This document shows positions 1 through 11,962 of a stretch of DNA of 64,000 bases, piece after piece. Every line of letters begins with the position of its first letter. Within the stretch, counting starts at the first letter, position 1. The position numbers and the translations under genes were made by a program. The notes beneath the pieces are model-generated. The model was not told where the DNA came from, did not search any database, and saw nothing but the letters and a program-made list of their open reading frames with translations. Source of the DNA: Lingula anatina (taxonomy: Eukaryota > Animalia > Brachiopoda); contig CM120644.1 of NCBI GenBank assembly GCA_051362555.1, positions 10,376,567 to 10,440,566 on the forward strand, given 5' to 3'.

Positions 1-854
1 TTCAATACACTACATGTTTTTTCACATCTGTAGACAGAGTATAAACCACATGATATACGACTTCGGTGAGGACGATTTGCAAAGAAACAGTCCGCGCTTT
101 CCGCCATGTTGGATAATCACGCTGTGTTGTTCTGTCGTTAGTACATTAGTTTCACATGATTTTAAAATGTGTTAGATGCTTGTTTTAACCAGAAAAAAAA
201 TTAGAATAGGTAAAATGAAGATATAAAGCTCAACTAACAGTGTTTTAAACCATTTGTTGACTTGAAAGAGATAGCTGAGGTTGAGTGCACCGATAAATGT
301 GTCCAGATAAATTTACGAAAAATGAAGAAATTAGGTCATGTTCTATCTCTTACAACGGACAAGTTGTAGAACAGCAGTAAGTTTTGATGTATAAATAGAT
401 TAATGAGTTATCTGTTAGTCCTGAACACGCTTTACCCCAAAGACCTGTGAAGATGAAGATATTGTCAAAAATAGAAGGGGGGTGTTCAAAGCATGTGGTT
501 CGTAGCCCTGAGAAAAACGTTTAGTTTGTTACCATGGAAACAAAGAGGGTGAAAAAAGTGTATATCATTTTAATCCCCTATCTTTAGGTTATAACATATC
601 ACCAAACTAAATCATTAAGTGACACCTGTATAAACTGTAAGGCCAATCAATATAACCCTGTTTTTCAGATGAATTTTTGGTTGATTAACCCCCCAAATTG
701 TGACTGCCCATATCTCTGTAGGTAGGGATTTTTTTCTGGAAATATTGCAGCCTCAGATATTGTTCATATAAAATTTCAAACACACCAAATATGGTGTAAA
801 TCCGTTCACCCCCGCATTTTCTACATTTGGTCTGGTTTTCTCGTGGACACACAC
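1..854. mobile_element. Probable end of a non-autonomous DNA transposon terminating at a TTAA site
   Basis: Ends in ..GGTTTTCTCGTGGACACACAC|TTAA (855-858) with TE-like internal sequence. The other end is not in the window and the family is uncertain. Confidence 0.3.
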
Positions 855-2079
855 TTAAATAGCCTTTCTATGAGTTAATCAGCAACAAAAATGCAATCCA
901 AAACATAACCTTTCAGACCGATCGCTACATTCCCTGATAAGAGAGTGAGATTAATCAAAATTGATCATAAATACCATTATCCGTTTCACATAATTAAGTA
1001 AATGAAATGACGTTTTCTAACATTTATTGGGCAAACATGTGCTTTATTGTTCATTGATAATGACAAAACCTGTTACACAATAAGCGATGAAAAAAATGCC
1101 AAGCAGATTTAAATTTCAACAAGTGTAGGTAAGTATAGATTATAAGATTTTTCAGAATTTAAACTTTAATCTCTAATAAATAATATATCAGTTCCATTGC
1201 CATAAGTTCTGGCTTGGGTTATTTTGTGATGTCCACTTTGTCGCAAGGAGGCCTGTCTTAAACCTTTTTGTTATTGTACAAGGCTTTGACTTTAAAGCTA
1301 AATAACGAAAATGTGCATATGAAGCTCTTCATAACCTTACCTCAAGTCTCTTTCTTAAAGCGTTGACTCAATCCTCCGCTTATCAATGCCTAGTACTTGC
1401 AGCCTCTTGTTCTTGCAAACAACGTCTGGGGTCATACGTTTAAAACACGCTTATTTAGATAATTTACTGGAGCTGTGAAGTAATGAAAGTGGCCTTCATC
1501 TTGGACCAATTTCAGAATCATAAATTTAAATGTAAAGATATTCATATTCATTTAGTGTCATTAAAATGTATGCACGTGTCTTTGTCTGTATACCATGTAG
1601 TTTGATCTGGGATATGGGGGCTTCAGTTTATTTCCTTTTGTGCGAAAGCAACTTCAACATCGTGTCTAGTATCTAAAACAGGTTGGTACATTTTTTCTCT
1701 TTGCACCGTTGCTTGGTATACATTCTACGCGTGTTCAAAAAATTGCATCCTTGGCCAAAAAGGAAAAGTATATCGCTAAACACTTTATTTGTGACATTCT
1801 GATTATCATTTTTAAACGAATAGGATCCACTTACATATAATTAAGTTCGAGAGAACCATAGAAAAGGACCGTCTTACTATCTTTAATGTCCACACAGGAC
1901 ACTTGCAATATTAATCACAGAATACGTGCTGACCTCAGACAATTTACTGTATGACCTAGAAGGAACGTCTGGCAGTTTAAAATTCCAGGTAGCAGCAAGA
2001 GGGAGCCACTTGCGCTGCAGCCATGTATGTGAACAGACAGTATTGTCTTTTATGGGGAGCATCACTAATAAAGACCCCT

Positions 2080-2460
2080 TGCACAGGACGGCGTCCTTTC
2101 TGCGTCCTTTCTACAATCAAACATGTGGTCAGGACGCTCAATGGTCGCCAAAGCAATTAAATCGTGTCTCAGTGTAAATGCTTGTACGTCCATTGTGCAT
2201 CTTTTGAATGACTGAATCTAGATTCACCTGTTAAAATGCAAACGACTTGTGAGTCCACTGAGTGACCTGTGCGACCACTGAGCGACCCGCCTGCTCCCTT
2301 GAGCGTCCCCTGTGCAACTTACGGCGTCCATTCGCTGTTTGAGCGCAAGTTGGGCATCCCTGTCGAGATCTCTGTATCTTCATCGGCGATCAGTAGCGAC
2401 CATTCTACGATCTTTCTATTTCCCACCAGACCGATGAGCCTTGTTTGGGTGACTTTCGAT
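2080..2460. repeat. GC-richer element with reiterated GCGTCC/GCGACC motifs, probable non-autonomous DNA transposon interior
   Basis: Repeated gcgtcc, gcgacc and gagcg motifs in an AT-rich background; no clear TIRs found. Confidence 0.35.
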
Positions 2461-3505
2461 ATATTCTGCCTCTTTTTTTTTCATCAGTTATAACCAGGTC
2501 ACCCAGTTAAGACCATCCAGAAAACAAAACAATTAATTAAGAACGAACTCCATTTTTAAACTACATCAGTGTAAGATCGGCGTGTACCGAAAATAAGTCA
2601 GATTATCACTGTTGTCCTTATAAGAAGGGTAGACAGGCACAGTAAACGAGAAAGGCAGATTGACAACAACATAGAATTTGAGAATCCCTTTTCAAAAGAC
2701 GAATTCTGCAATATCTGCGGCAAGAACTGCATCTTGTAAAAGGGCAAAATATTCATTCTACATGTAGTATTAACTCCAAAAATGGATAGGTTAAAAAAAT
2801 TTTAGAAAAAATAAAAAAGATTTCCAGTATCTGGGGAAAATGCGCATAAAGGTACATGTATATTATATTTCTGTGGTAAATAGGGTGCACATTTATTTAA
2901 TTTCCAAGAGACCCATAGAAAAGGGCTGCATTGTTGGCTTCCAAGTCGAAATAAAAATGACAACAATATGAGAATTCTTCCAAAGCCATATCTGCCACAG
3001 TGAATTGCACTGAAAAGTTCCTCCGGCCGCAGTGCATAAGCAGCATATTCAGTGGTTTCTGTGGATGGCTTGGTCCGTTACTTGCAACAACAAATTCCAC
3101 AAGAATTAGTTATACCCTAATGTCACTTATGCAGCGTATGTCGCCAAACTATGGAAATTGTGTTGCTTAAACATAAGGGCTTATTTGAAAAAAGAGCAGT
3201 GAACAATCTTGGTTGTAAACGTCATTTTTTAAAAAAATTGATCAAGAATGGAAGGACAGGGAGAATACAATGTAAACACTGTATAGCTTCAACGTAACAC
3301 AATAACATTTACAGACAACATCATAAACATATAGATCTAAATAAGTTTTTTTTAAATCAAATATAACTTGTTCATTAAACGGATAACCGATCAGATGAAA
3401 GGAAACTCTCTTTATTCGCCACATTGTCGTATATTTACCCTTTACCACTGGATATGATTACTTTGGACTTGAATCCGTGAATGTTAAGTCTCCAGGAACT
3501 ATAGT

Positions 3506-3519
3506 GTGCCCCCTGCTGG
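3506..3519 (-). promoter_or_regulatory. CTCF-like core motif
   Basis: CCAGCAGGGGGCAC on the minus strand. Confidence 0.5.
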
Positions 3520-3576
3520 GTCACGTTATAACGGAGACCTGCTGCTGTAGCAGAGAAAAAGAGCAGATCATTAGCG

Positions 3577-3635
3577 TTGAAAATACCACTGTTTGGTTTG
3601 CTACTGCTTCGAGGATTGCTCAGTGTTTTTGTCAA
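3577..3635 (+). pseudogene. Possible decayed signal-peptide exon of the C1q gene
   Basis: TTG AAA ATA CCA.. reads (L/M)KIPLFGLLLLRGLLSVFV, followed by gtaatg. It resembles a signal peptide but has no ATG. Confidence 0.25.
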
Positions 3636-4732
3636 GTAATGCATAGGCATGTCAAACAAACAAACAAACAAATAAATGAATAAATACATATGGATGGATA
3701 TGAGGAACACAGCTTTAGACACTGGTCTTCATCAGCCAAAGGACATCTAATGCCAGCTTATTCATAGGGAAAAGGATAGAAAGAAAATGGTTAGAATAGG
3801 ACTACATCAGACTGAGAAACAAACCATATATTGTTCAGTAAAGGTCCTAATATTATCTTGCACGCGGTTTGTCATAAGTGCTCAAAGAGTAAACAAAAAT
3901 GTTAAAGTTTACTTTCAGCACTGCACCCCGGGTTTCGTTCCAGAGGAATGAAATCTTATTTTCTTTGATACCCCAGCAACATTCAGCTGGCTATGGAATC
4001 TACCGACAAACCTCACATCTCGACGGGCCAATCACATTTCAATAAACTGTTATTCCTCAAATCAAGAAAGCCCGTTCTAAACATGCTTGCAAAATGGTTT
4101 GCAAGGAAATCCCCACCTTCACTTGATCAACTTGTAACCCCCAAAGTTCCCGCCAATTCACGCACACTATTCAGAAGTTCAAGGATTGTAATTGATCAGA
4201 AATAGGTTCATTATTTTTTATACTAATTTTGTTTGCTTGCAAATAACAACCGACACCATCTATAATTTATTTTATTTATAATTTGTTTTTGAAATCTTAT
4301 TTATTACCACAAACAGCTAAAAATATAACAGGATAATTGAATTGGTAAAAATATTTACAGACTTGACATTCAATATGGAATATTTCAGTTTTTAAGGTAT
4401 GCCTAGGTAAAAGTGCGTTCTTTTTCAATAAATTCAGATCTCATATAAGACATCTGACTGGAGAAGTGTGAAGTCAGGTGTGTCGCTGCCAATTAAGTGA
4501 CTACCAAGTCTGTTGCACTGTTGCCTTGTGTAATATGCACTGATTTAATTGGGCAGTGCTCCTTTGGGCTGGTCAAAGCTTGGCTATGGCGAATCATGGT
4601 TCTGTCAAAAAAGTATCCATATGTCGGCAACTTCTGCATAGAAGAATTTGAAATTTTGCATGCAAGCGGTCGGTTTTGCAGTGCGTAAAATGAATTAAGC
4701 AGTGTTTTACAAAATTGTTAAGCTGTGCCAGA

Positions 4733-5570
4733 ATGGCGCGAAAAGCACAGACATTGCCAGACAGATTATTGTGTCAAACGGAATGGTCTATACAGTTTTA
4801 TAGAGTAATGCCCAGACTGATGTACCTACACAGAGACCACACCCAATGCTTCGACGTCTTACCACCAGGGTACAGGACTCACTGTCCTTAAGGATATGCT
4901 GCTGCAATTAAACCCAAACCACCCAGTCCATTTTGAATGAGGGGAAAATTGTCAGCAAAACGCGTTTTTCAAGGCTCTTAGCGAACACCAAACTGGTTCA
5001 GCAGGTTAAGATACCAGATGACCTCTGAGGAAGCCACTGTAAACAGCAAGGCAGCGTAGTCTGTTTCTCTAATGAACTGGGGACCATGACCGTTTCTGGG
5101 TAGAACACTGAAACCGCGTGGCTTTCCTTATTGGGGTCAGATTTCACCTGTACCGCTAAACTGGTCTAAACAGAGTTTACAGACATTATGAAGAGGCCTA
5201 CGACGAAGTGTGTGCCACTTCTTAAGTGACTAGGGTCATTGACAGAGTCAGTATTTGGAGTGGATATCACATTGGTGCCAAAACACCAATGGTAGTCATC
5301 GATGAAAACCTGAACCAGATCAAATAAAGGAATAATCTGGGAACCACTTGACTATCATTTGATAAGGGACACCTTAGGAACAATTTTAGGTTGCACGATG
5401 AGGTTGCCGGTTCTCACAGAGCACTTTTAATAGCAGATAACTAATAGAACCAAGGGAATGAGTAGCTACGTTATACCTTGGTCATCAAAGTCGCCATAAT
5501 TGAACCACCGAGACAATATGTCGGTAGGTCATTACTCGCCAAATCAACGGCCTGTATGTCCTACAACAAA
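4733..5570 (+). mobile_element. Decayed Tc1/mariner transposase remnant
   Basis: Fragmented frames: QRPHPMLRRLTTRVQD, RFHLYR*TGLNRVYRHYEEAY (~5136), VSIWSGYHIGAKTPMVVIDENLN (~5247) and WSSKSP (~5479). These match the Tc1 motifs RPRxTTxxQD, SRFxLxxxDGRxRV, VMVWG..TPLVVIDGNLN and WPxxSPDLNPIE. Many stops and frameshifts. Confidence 0.8.
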
Positions 5571-6394
5571 ACTGAGCCAAATTGGACAAGTTTTAACCGT
5601 TGCCTGGAATTTTATATCAGATTAAACTCTAAAAATCTATCATAAGGAATTCCTTGCGGCTTGAAACCTCTGGTAGCAGCAAGATGAGGTCAAGCGTAAC
5701 AGCGACTGTTGCTTTGACTAGTCACTGATATGGGGGTGGGGGGGGGGGCTTTGTGGGACATGTAACTCTTTTAAAGACAATAATTAGGAAAATATGGAGA
5801 TCCAAAATATCGCTATCAATGGTTGTCGTATGACTTAAAATGGGAAATGTATTTTTGTATGCTTCACTGGCGAAATCAGTTAATGAACTGAAGTCACACT
5901 GACATCGAATAGATTATCAAAAGTTATTAAAACACGATTTTAATCCTTATTTTCATTTATCAGTCAGCAAAATAGGAAAAAAAACTGATTAATTATGACC
6001 ATATTAAATGTCAAGTCTGTAGATACTAACGAATTACGATCATTGGCCTTTTGATTAATAGACCTGTTTTTTTATTCTCGACACACACTGTCAAAAAAGA
6101 CTGGTAACCAGTAAGATGTGGATTAGAAGATTATTTAACCTCTTTAGGCGACTGAAACCCAGGGTTAGACGTGCTATTTGTTCTTTTGCATAAGCATTTA
6201 CATAGTTTAACTTTTGTCAAAGAAAGGGTCTTATAAATCAAAAGCAATTACGCTCTGATGAATAAGTCTAGACCGTAAAAAATTAAAATCATGACTTTGT
6301 AATTCAAATTGGCCCGAATTGTTTTTCAGTTGGTAGGGAGGATTTTACCCAGTTATCCTTTGTATGTAACGTATATAAATTGCCGTTATCTTAG

Positions 6395-6472
6395 ATAATT
6401 CACCAGAAGTCGCCGTTAGACCAAAAGCAAACTCATCTCTCATTGGAACATCGATGTGGCTGCGCCATAGAG
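6395..6472 (+). pseudogene. Probable penultimate exon of the C1q-domain gene
   Basis: cttag|AT AAT TCA..CAT AGA G|gtgagg is 78 bp, open, phase 1-1. Splicing to 7029 gives GCC TAC GGA CTG GTA GCG TTC, in frame with the gC1q domain. Confidence 0.55.
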
Positions 6473-7028
6473 GTGAGGTGATGGAGAAATTTACATTCTG
6501 AATATTTACAGTCATTGGTATTTGTTTTAACATTTTGTATAAGTTAGTAATTGTTTCTCATGGCTTTATTTTAGTTATTGTAATAAGGGATAAAACTTTC
6601 CAAAACTTATTGTTTTCCGTTTTGAATGTGAAATTTCACAAAACAATTATATGATGATAATAGCGACATGTGTATACCTGTCAAAGACTGCCATATTGAA
6701 TTGATGTTTCGTTGAGAAATGAAGAAATTACCGTTTTTAGGTAATACAGTTGCACAAGAATTGTCGCTTTCGAGTCTGTAAATCATTAAAACTCTCGTTT
6801 AAAAATGACCTTGAAATAATCGCAATTTCAGTTAAGTAACGATTTTCATGCAAAGGGGGCAAGTTGTAAAGGTGACAGCAGCAGCACTGAAGCATTGGTA
6901 ACGAAGTCCCCTTAGGATATATAATAGATTATAAACCAACATATGCAATATTTTTTGTTTGGCTACAGAAAAAATCTGCAATATTATTATACAATTACAA
7001 CTATATTATGATTCCAATATCCTTGCAG

Positions 7029-7457
7029 CCTACGGACTGGTAGCGTTCTAGGCGGGGAGATCAAATGATCTTGACCAGACGGGGAAAGGTAACGCTGTGG
7101 TTATCTACGGCACCGTCTTTCTCAACGATGGCAACGGTTATAATAAATACACCGGGATATTCACCTCTCCAATTTCAGGAGTCTGTCTTCCATTACCATA
7201 GTCTCAGCCACTACAGCAAGCCCGTATATGTCAGATTGAACCACAATGGTGTGATAAAGAATACTGGGTATGGTAAACCTTCCACGGGGTTTGCGACAGG
7301 CAGTAATGCTATTGCTTTGCGGCTAGCAGAGGGAGACGAGGTGTGGATTGATTTAGTTGGAGGCCACGCTCTTCATAACCATCCCGGGAAGTTCCACAGC
7401 ACGTTCACCGGTTACCAGCTGTATCCAGACACAAGCAGCATCAAGACCGTGGCTTGA
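7029..7457 (+). pseudogene. C1q-domain (gC1q / C1qDC) terminal exon, disabled
   Basis: After acceptor ttgcag (ends 7028) the frame reads YGLVAF*AGRSND..VIYGTVFLNDGNGYNKYTGIFTSPISGV. It then shifts frame at ~7184 into VFHYH..VYVRLNHNG..GSNAIALRLAEGDEVWI..STFTGYQLYPD, all typical gC1q motifs. In-frame TAG at 7049-7051; AATAAA at 7828-7833. Confidence 0.88.
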
Positions 7458-7627
7458 ATTCCTACTGACGTTACCAGTTCTATCCAGACAATAGCAGCAT
7501 CAAGACCGTGGGTTTCCGTTGATGTTACCAGCTCTATCCAGACAACAGCAGCGTTTACCCCGTGGCTTACTGTTGATATACCAGCTCTTTCCAGACAACA
7601 GCAGCGTTAACACCGTGGCTTTCTGTT
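7411..7627 (+). repeat. Four tandem ~54-bp copies of the C1q C-terminal coding tail
   Basis: The unit TACCAGYTSTWTCCAGACAMHAGCAGC..CCGTGG starts near 7411, 7470, 7524 and 7577. Confidence 0.9.
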
Positions 7628-8688
7628 CACACCCTGCAATTTTTGTTGGAAGAAGCAGAGACTTTCCACTGCAATACTGCAATATCATTAGCGGCAAATA
7701 TATTATATACGCTGTTGTGCTAAAATACGTGCTTTTTAACTTGTTGACAAATTGTACAGCTCTAGTTGCATTAAGCTAATTGTTCGCTCGCTTCCTTGAA
7801 AAATTATGATGAATTAATTTTCTGGAAAATAAATTCGGATACTTTTATTCAGACACTTTTAAGCTGTCGTTGTGAAATATATTTAAAAGGGGCGGTACTG
7901 TAAGATTCTGATTATTCTATTCATAGGTTGGTTTATTGTCTCGATATACAACCATAAAACATAGTATTAGGGCTCATGGATGGTTGTTCCATCCTTAGAA
8001 AATTGCGTTTCTGAAAAAAAAAAAAAAAGCAATCACGAAGGGAGAACTGTGAACATGTGCGTTGTTGTGATGAACCCATGTACCCGGTAGTAGCCCCTGA
8101 AGTCACCTCCGGCAAACGGAGATATCTGCTGAAGGGGGGGCGGTAGAAAATTATTTATAATGACAATAATAATGATTATGATGATGATGATAACATTATC
8201 CATCTGTTGTTTATCTGTGTGAAGTCACCAATAATAGAAACAACTTTCCCTGTTTTCGTGCTCGTCACATGTGACTTGGTCCTGTAAGAGTAACCCCCCT
8301 CCAGAATCACCCGGCACACCACTGCTACCCACGTATCACTGACATATCACGCTGTGCCTTGATATCGCCCTGACAGTGCTGTGTATCGATAACTTTATCA
8401 AACAATGCATCAATATTTATTAACATGGACCTTGGCACATGTAGATGTAGTGTAATAGATTGGGGACTTTGGTACCGCCTCATGATTGACAACATCATCT
8501 GATTGTGATGAATCTAATGCACAGTATTTTAAATTTCATGTAAAATACTGCTCCAAATTGTCTTATAAGTCTTGTTTTAAAGCTTTTGTCTTTTAGTTTA
8601 TAAAATTTAGTTACTTTTAAGTACCTTATGATTTTATTTATGATACATTGTAAAACTTCAACCTTTGGGTTGCAATTATAGCAAATAA

Positions 8689-8689
<1 letters not shown>

Positions 8690-8731
<42 letters not shown>
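8690..8731. repeat. (ATT)n microsatellite
   Basis: Direct reading. Confidence 0.95.
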
Positions 8732-9443
8732 GGAACAATCGGTGACAATATTAAAGTAGTATAGATGAAAAAAATGGAGAGCATCCGTTATATCCCAAAG
8801 TTTACCCAAGCAATGTATGGGGACAGGGAGGTCAGAAATAATGACGACGGTATGACGAGGTGCGGTAACTAAGGAAAGCTGACAATTTATTCACGGATAT
8901 TTTCACTTTGTTTACTCAAAAGTTACAGCCTATTGCCTAGCAGTAGGAATTCACCATGTTTTGTCTGTCACTATTGCTTTCTAAAAAAAAAAAAAAAAAA
9001 AGAAAAAATCATTACCGATATATGGAGTTTCTTCCTAACTGCTAATAAATTACATGTAGCCCCAACCACCTCCCGCGGATTCATGCGAGCTTCCTAGTCT
9101 CGTATGTCGCCTAGGCGTATAATTAGGACCGCTACGAGAGACGTCACACAAGTCTGTATAACAGAGAGTCCGATCTCCATTGAATTCGTGCAGGTTAGGG
9201 TAAACGTGATGCAAGGTGTGGGTGCCCTGCAAATATAAAGGAACGGTTCTTCCCTTCTAGGGGGAGTTTGGAGCATTAAGGCACGTCAATGGAATGTCAC
9301 CCCTCACAGTGTATCATTGATATGGCAAACACTCAATTGGTACACTAAAATTTGACACCGTCTTGGTTATTGGCAACAACACCTGATTATGATCGTGTTG
9401 ATCTGGTGGCAACTTTAATTAGCATAGATAACTAATTTAATGA

Positions 9444-9451
9444 TATATAAG
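9444..9451 (+). promoter_or_regulatory. Candidate TATA box of the TRIM gene (alternatively a splice acceptor at 9471-9472)
   Basis: TATATAAG lies ~30 bp before a GC-rich ~65-nt leader that ends at the ATG at 9542. Confidence 0.4.
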
Positions 9452-9541
9452 CTTTCGTAACGGCTTTGGCAGCTGTAGAGCCCCGGTCGGCGTGTAGAGG
9501 CGGAGCGCTGTGCCCACACTGGGCGCTAATATACTATTGCA

Positions 9542-11731
9542 ATGGCTTCGAAAGAGATGTGCAGTGCCTTCAGTGAGAACTTTCTAACGTGTCATATATG
9601 CCTGGGGGAATATAAAGACCCGAGAGTGCTCCCATGTTACCACACATTCTGTCTGGAATGCATTGCTGACCATGCAGCCAAGAATGGTGTCCAGAACAAG
9701 TTCTTCTGCCCCGTGTGTCGCCAAGAGGCCCCCGTACCACCCGGTGGGTTAGACACTCTCGTGAAAAACTTTCTCTTAAGAAAAGTAACAGACTTCATGA
9801 AAGATCAGAAAGCGCCAGAGGGTAATCTTTGTGAGTATTGTAAACATAAAGAGGCCACTTTGCTGTGCCAAGGTTGTCCCAAGACCAACCAACTGTGCGC
9901 TACATGTCGTGAATTGCATGATAGCATCCCAGCATTAACTGATCATCACTTTGTACCTCAGTCACAAATCAATATATCAGTTAACCCAGCTAACAAACAA
10001 ACTCAGTTACGTCAGATATTACATAAAGCTCAATACTGCGAAAATCACGACGGCGAGTTGCTAAAATTCTATTGTAAAGAGGATGACACCGTGGCATGTA
10101 GAGATTGTATTTTGGAAACTCACAGTAAACACGACTTCGAAAAAATTGCAGATGTGGTGAAGGCTCAGCGGGTGATAATACAAGCAAAACTGAGATGTCT
10201 TCCAAACGGGAAACTGTCTCGTTTTGAAAAGGTGGAGAAAACCATTGTACGAACGGAAGAGAGGCTGACAGAAAATCAGACAAAGATTCTTCGTTTGGTG
10301 GATTCTCAGAAATTAGCTATGACAAAGCAGATAAGTAAAAACAGTAAAACTATTGAAAGAGAACTCACCGATTATTACCAGCAAGTAGAGAAGTATGTAC
10401 GCGAACAGACGGACGCCTATTTGGTCGATGTCAAGCAGCATTTGGAAACGTATCGAACAAAAGTACAGTCTGATTACACCAAAATGAAAAGATGTTTAGA
10501 TGAAAAAAGCAACACAATATCGGAAGAAGTTAAGGGACTAACGTCCACGCAGGTGAAGACTTTAGAAGCTGAAAAGGACAGGCTTGAAATGAATAAGATT
10601 TCGATTCAGACCATTCATGATTTCGCTCAGCAGCTCACAAACACCGGTTCTGACATCGAGGTCATGACCCACTCTAAAATACTCCAAACTAGAATTCAGG
10701 AGTTACAAAACGTAGAACCAGGCTTTGATACTGAAATCACTGACATAACGTTTACACCAGGGCAAACAAATATGGATGTCGTGCTTCAGTTGCCTAAAAT
10801 CCCTGAACCACGGCCACTGACCATCAAACCGGGCTCCATTACGACCAAAACATACCGGGGTCCCTTGGATGCATGTTTTGGAAGATTGAATCAAGAAAGA
10901 GCGTACTTTCCCGTACTCAAAGAATTTAAGAAAGCCAAATCCCTTGGAAGAGCAAAGCGGGGAACCTGTTTTATCGTGAAGGGTTGGTCGTGGGATATCC
11001 AGTGCATAGATAACGGGTGCTATTTAGTTGTACATGGTATTAAAGTGTCCATATTCTTCAGCACAGGCCAATGTAATCGTGAGATCAGTATAGAGGGAAA
11101 AGCGAGGCATATCACTACAGTCAGTTACGATAGATTCGTGGTCACATGCAGAGATAAATGTTGTAGACTGTATTCAACGTCAGGCCAGGTTATCCGATGT
11201 TTTGGTCAGGGTGATATGTCTGACCCCTGGGGTGTCACTGTGGACCGTACAGAGGGTACAGTGTACGTGTGTGATAGTGGTGCACAGTGCATCTGTATGT
11301 ACGACATGGTATCTTTTCAACTTGTTCAAAGAATTGCTATCCCAATGTGCAGTAAAGGTGCACTACGCTGTGCATACCACTACGGGATCAATGCAATCAT
11401 AGTCAGCGACTACTTGACCCACAGTGTGTATGCAGTGACACCCAAGGGTGACGTCAGGTTCCAATACGGATTGCGAGATCAGATTGAAAGCGGGGACGAG
11501 GAACTGGATGATCCACGAGGAATATGCGTAGACATGTTTGGACGCATATTCATAGCTGACTGTCGTAATGACAGGGTGATTGTCCTTGGTTCAGACGGAC
11601 GTTTTCTACGTAGAATTTTGACATGGATTGACGATATAAGATATCCTTTGTCAGTCGATGTCAACAGTAACGGAGAGCTTGTCGTTGGAACCGCTAGAGG
11701 AAAAATATCCACGTATAGGTTTATAGAATAG
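9542..11731 (+). CDS. Intronless TRIM-NHL E3 ubiquitin ligase (RING, B-box1, B-box2, extended coiled coil, NHL beta-propeller; TRIM2/3/56/71-like, no filamin domain evident)
   Basis: 729-aa ORF. C3HC4 RING: CHIC..CYHTFCLEC..CPVC. B-box1: CEYC..CQGC..CATC..H..H. B-box2: CENH..FYCKEDD..CRDC..HSKH. NHL repeats: DPWGVTVD, DPRGICVDMFGRIFIADCRNDRV, YPLSVDVNSNGELVVG. Confidence 0.95.
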   Translation: MASKEMCSAFSENFLTCHICLGEYKDPRVLPCYHTFCLECIADHAAKNGVQNKFFCPVCRQEAPVPPGGLDTLVKNFLLRKVTDFMKDQKAPEGNLCEYCKHKEATLLCQGCPKTNQLCATCRELHDSIPALTDHHFVPQSQINISVNPANKQTQLRQILHKAQYCENHDGELLKFYCKEDDTVACRDCILETHSKHDFEKIADVVKAQRVIIQAKLRCLPNGKLSRFEKVEKTIVRTEERLTENQTKILRLVDSQKLAMTKQISKNSKTIERELTDYYQQVEKYVREQTDAYLVDVKQHLETYRTKVQSDYTKMKRCLDEKSNTISEEVKGLTSTQVKTLEAEKDRLEMNKISIQTIHDFAQQLTNTGSDIEVMTHSKILQTRIQELQNVEPGFDTEITDITFTPGQTNMDVVLQLPKIPEPRPLTIKPGSITTKTYRGPLDACFGRLNQERAYFPVLKEFKKAKSLGRAKRGTCFIVKGWSWDIQCIDNGCYLVVHGIKVSIFFSTGQCNREISIEGKARHITTVSYDRFVVTCRDKCCRLYSTSGQVIRCFGQGDMSDPWGVTVDRTEGTVYVCDSGAQCICMYDMVSFQLVQRIAIPMCSKGALRCAYHYGINAIIVSDYLTHSVYAVTPKGDVRFQYGLRDQIESGDEELDDPRGICVDMFGRIFIADCRNDRVIVLGSDGRFLRRILTWIDDIRYPLSVDVNSNGELVVGTARGKISTYRFIE

Positions 11732-11913
11732 CGGTGACATGAAACCAACATATTAAAAATATTGTTTGATAAGGATATGCGTATTTAGTGAATGATTTGA
11801 TAACATGATATAGTATAATACTTATGAAAAAATTTGGAGCCCCAACTGTTTTATTTAAGAAAATTATCTAACTTGCGAACCTATAGGTAGCAGTCAAAAT
11901 ATGCCCTCTTTGA

Positions 11914-11915
<2 letters not shown>

Positions 11916-11962
<47 letters not shown>

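Noticed and set aside
3919-4205. Possible middle exon of the C1q gene
   Set aside because: Has a good acceptor but internal stops, a weak donor and no diagnostic motif, so it cannot be supported.
7411-7627. CRISPR-like appearance of short repeats here and at 31911-32045
   Set aside because: The units are contiguous diverged tandem copies without unique spacers; the context is eukaryotic and has no cas genes.
9277-9298. TAAGGCACG, the start of miR-124
   Set aside because: The match ends after 9 nt and there is no precursor hairpin.
9470-9541. GC-rich hairpin (GCCCA CAC TGGGC) followed by CTAA before the TRIM ATG, resembling an HDV-like ribozyme P4/J4-2
   Set aside because: No P3/L3 consensus or P1 pairing; treated as an ordinary 5' UTR hairpin.
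9990-11751. Antisense and alternate-frame ORFs inside the TRIM CDS
   Set aside because: Shadow ORFs of a real coding sequence with no independent motifs.
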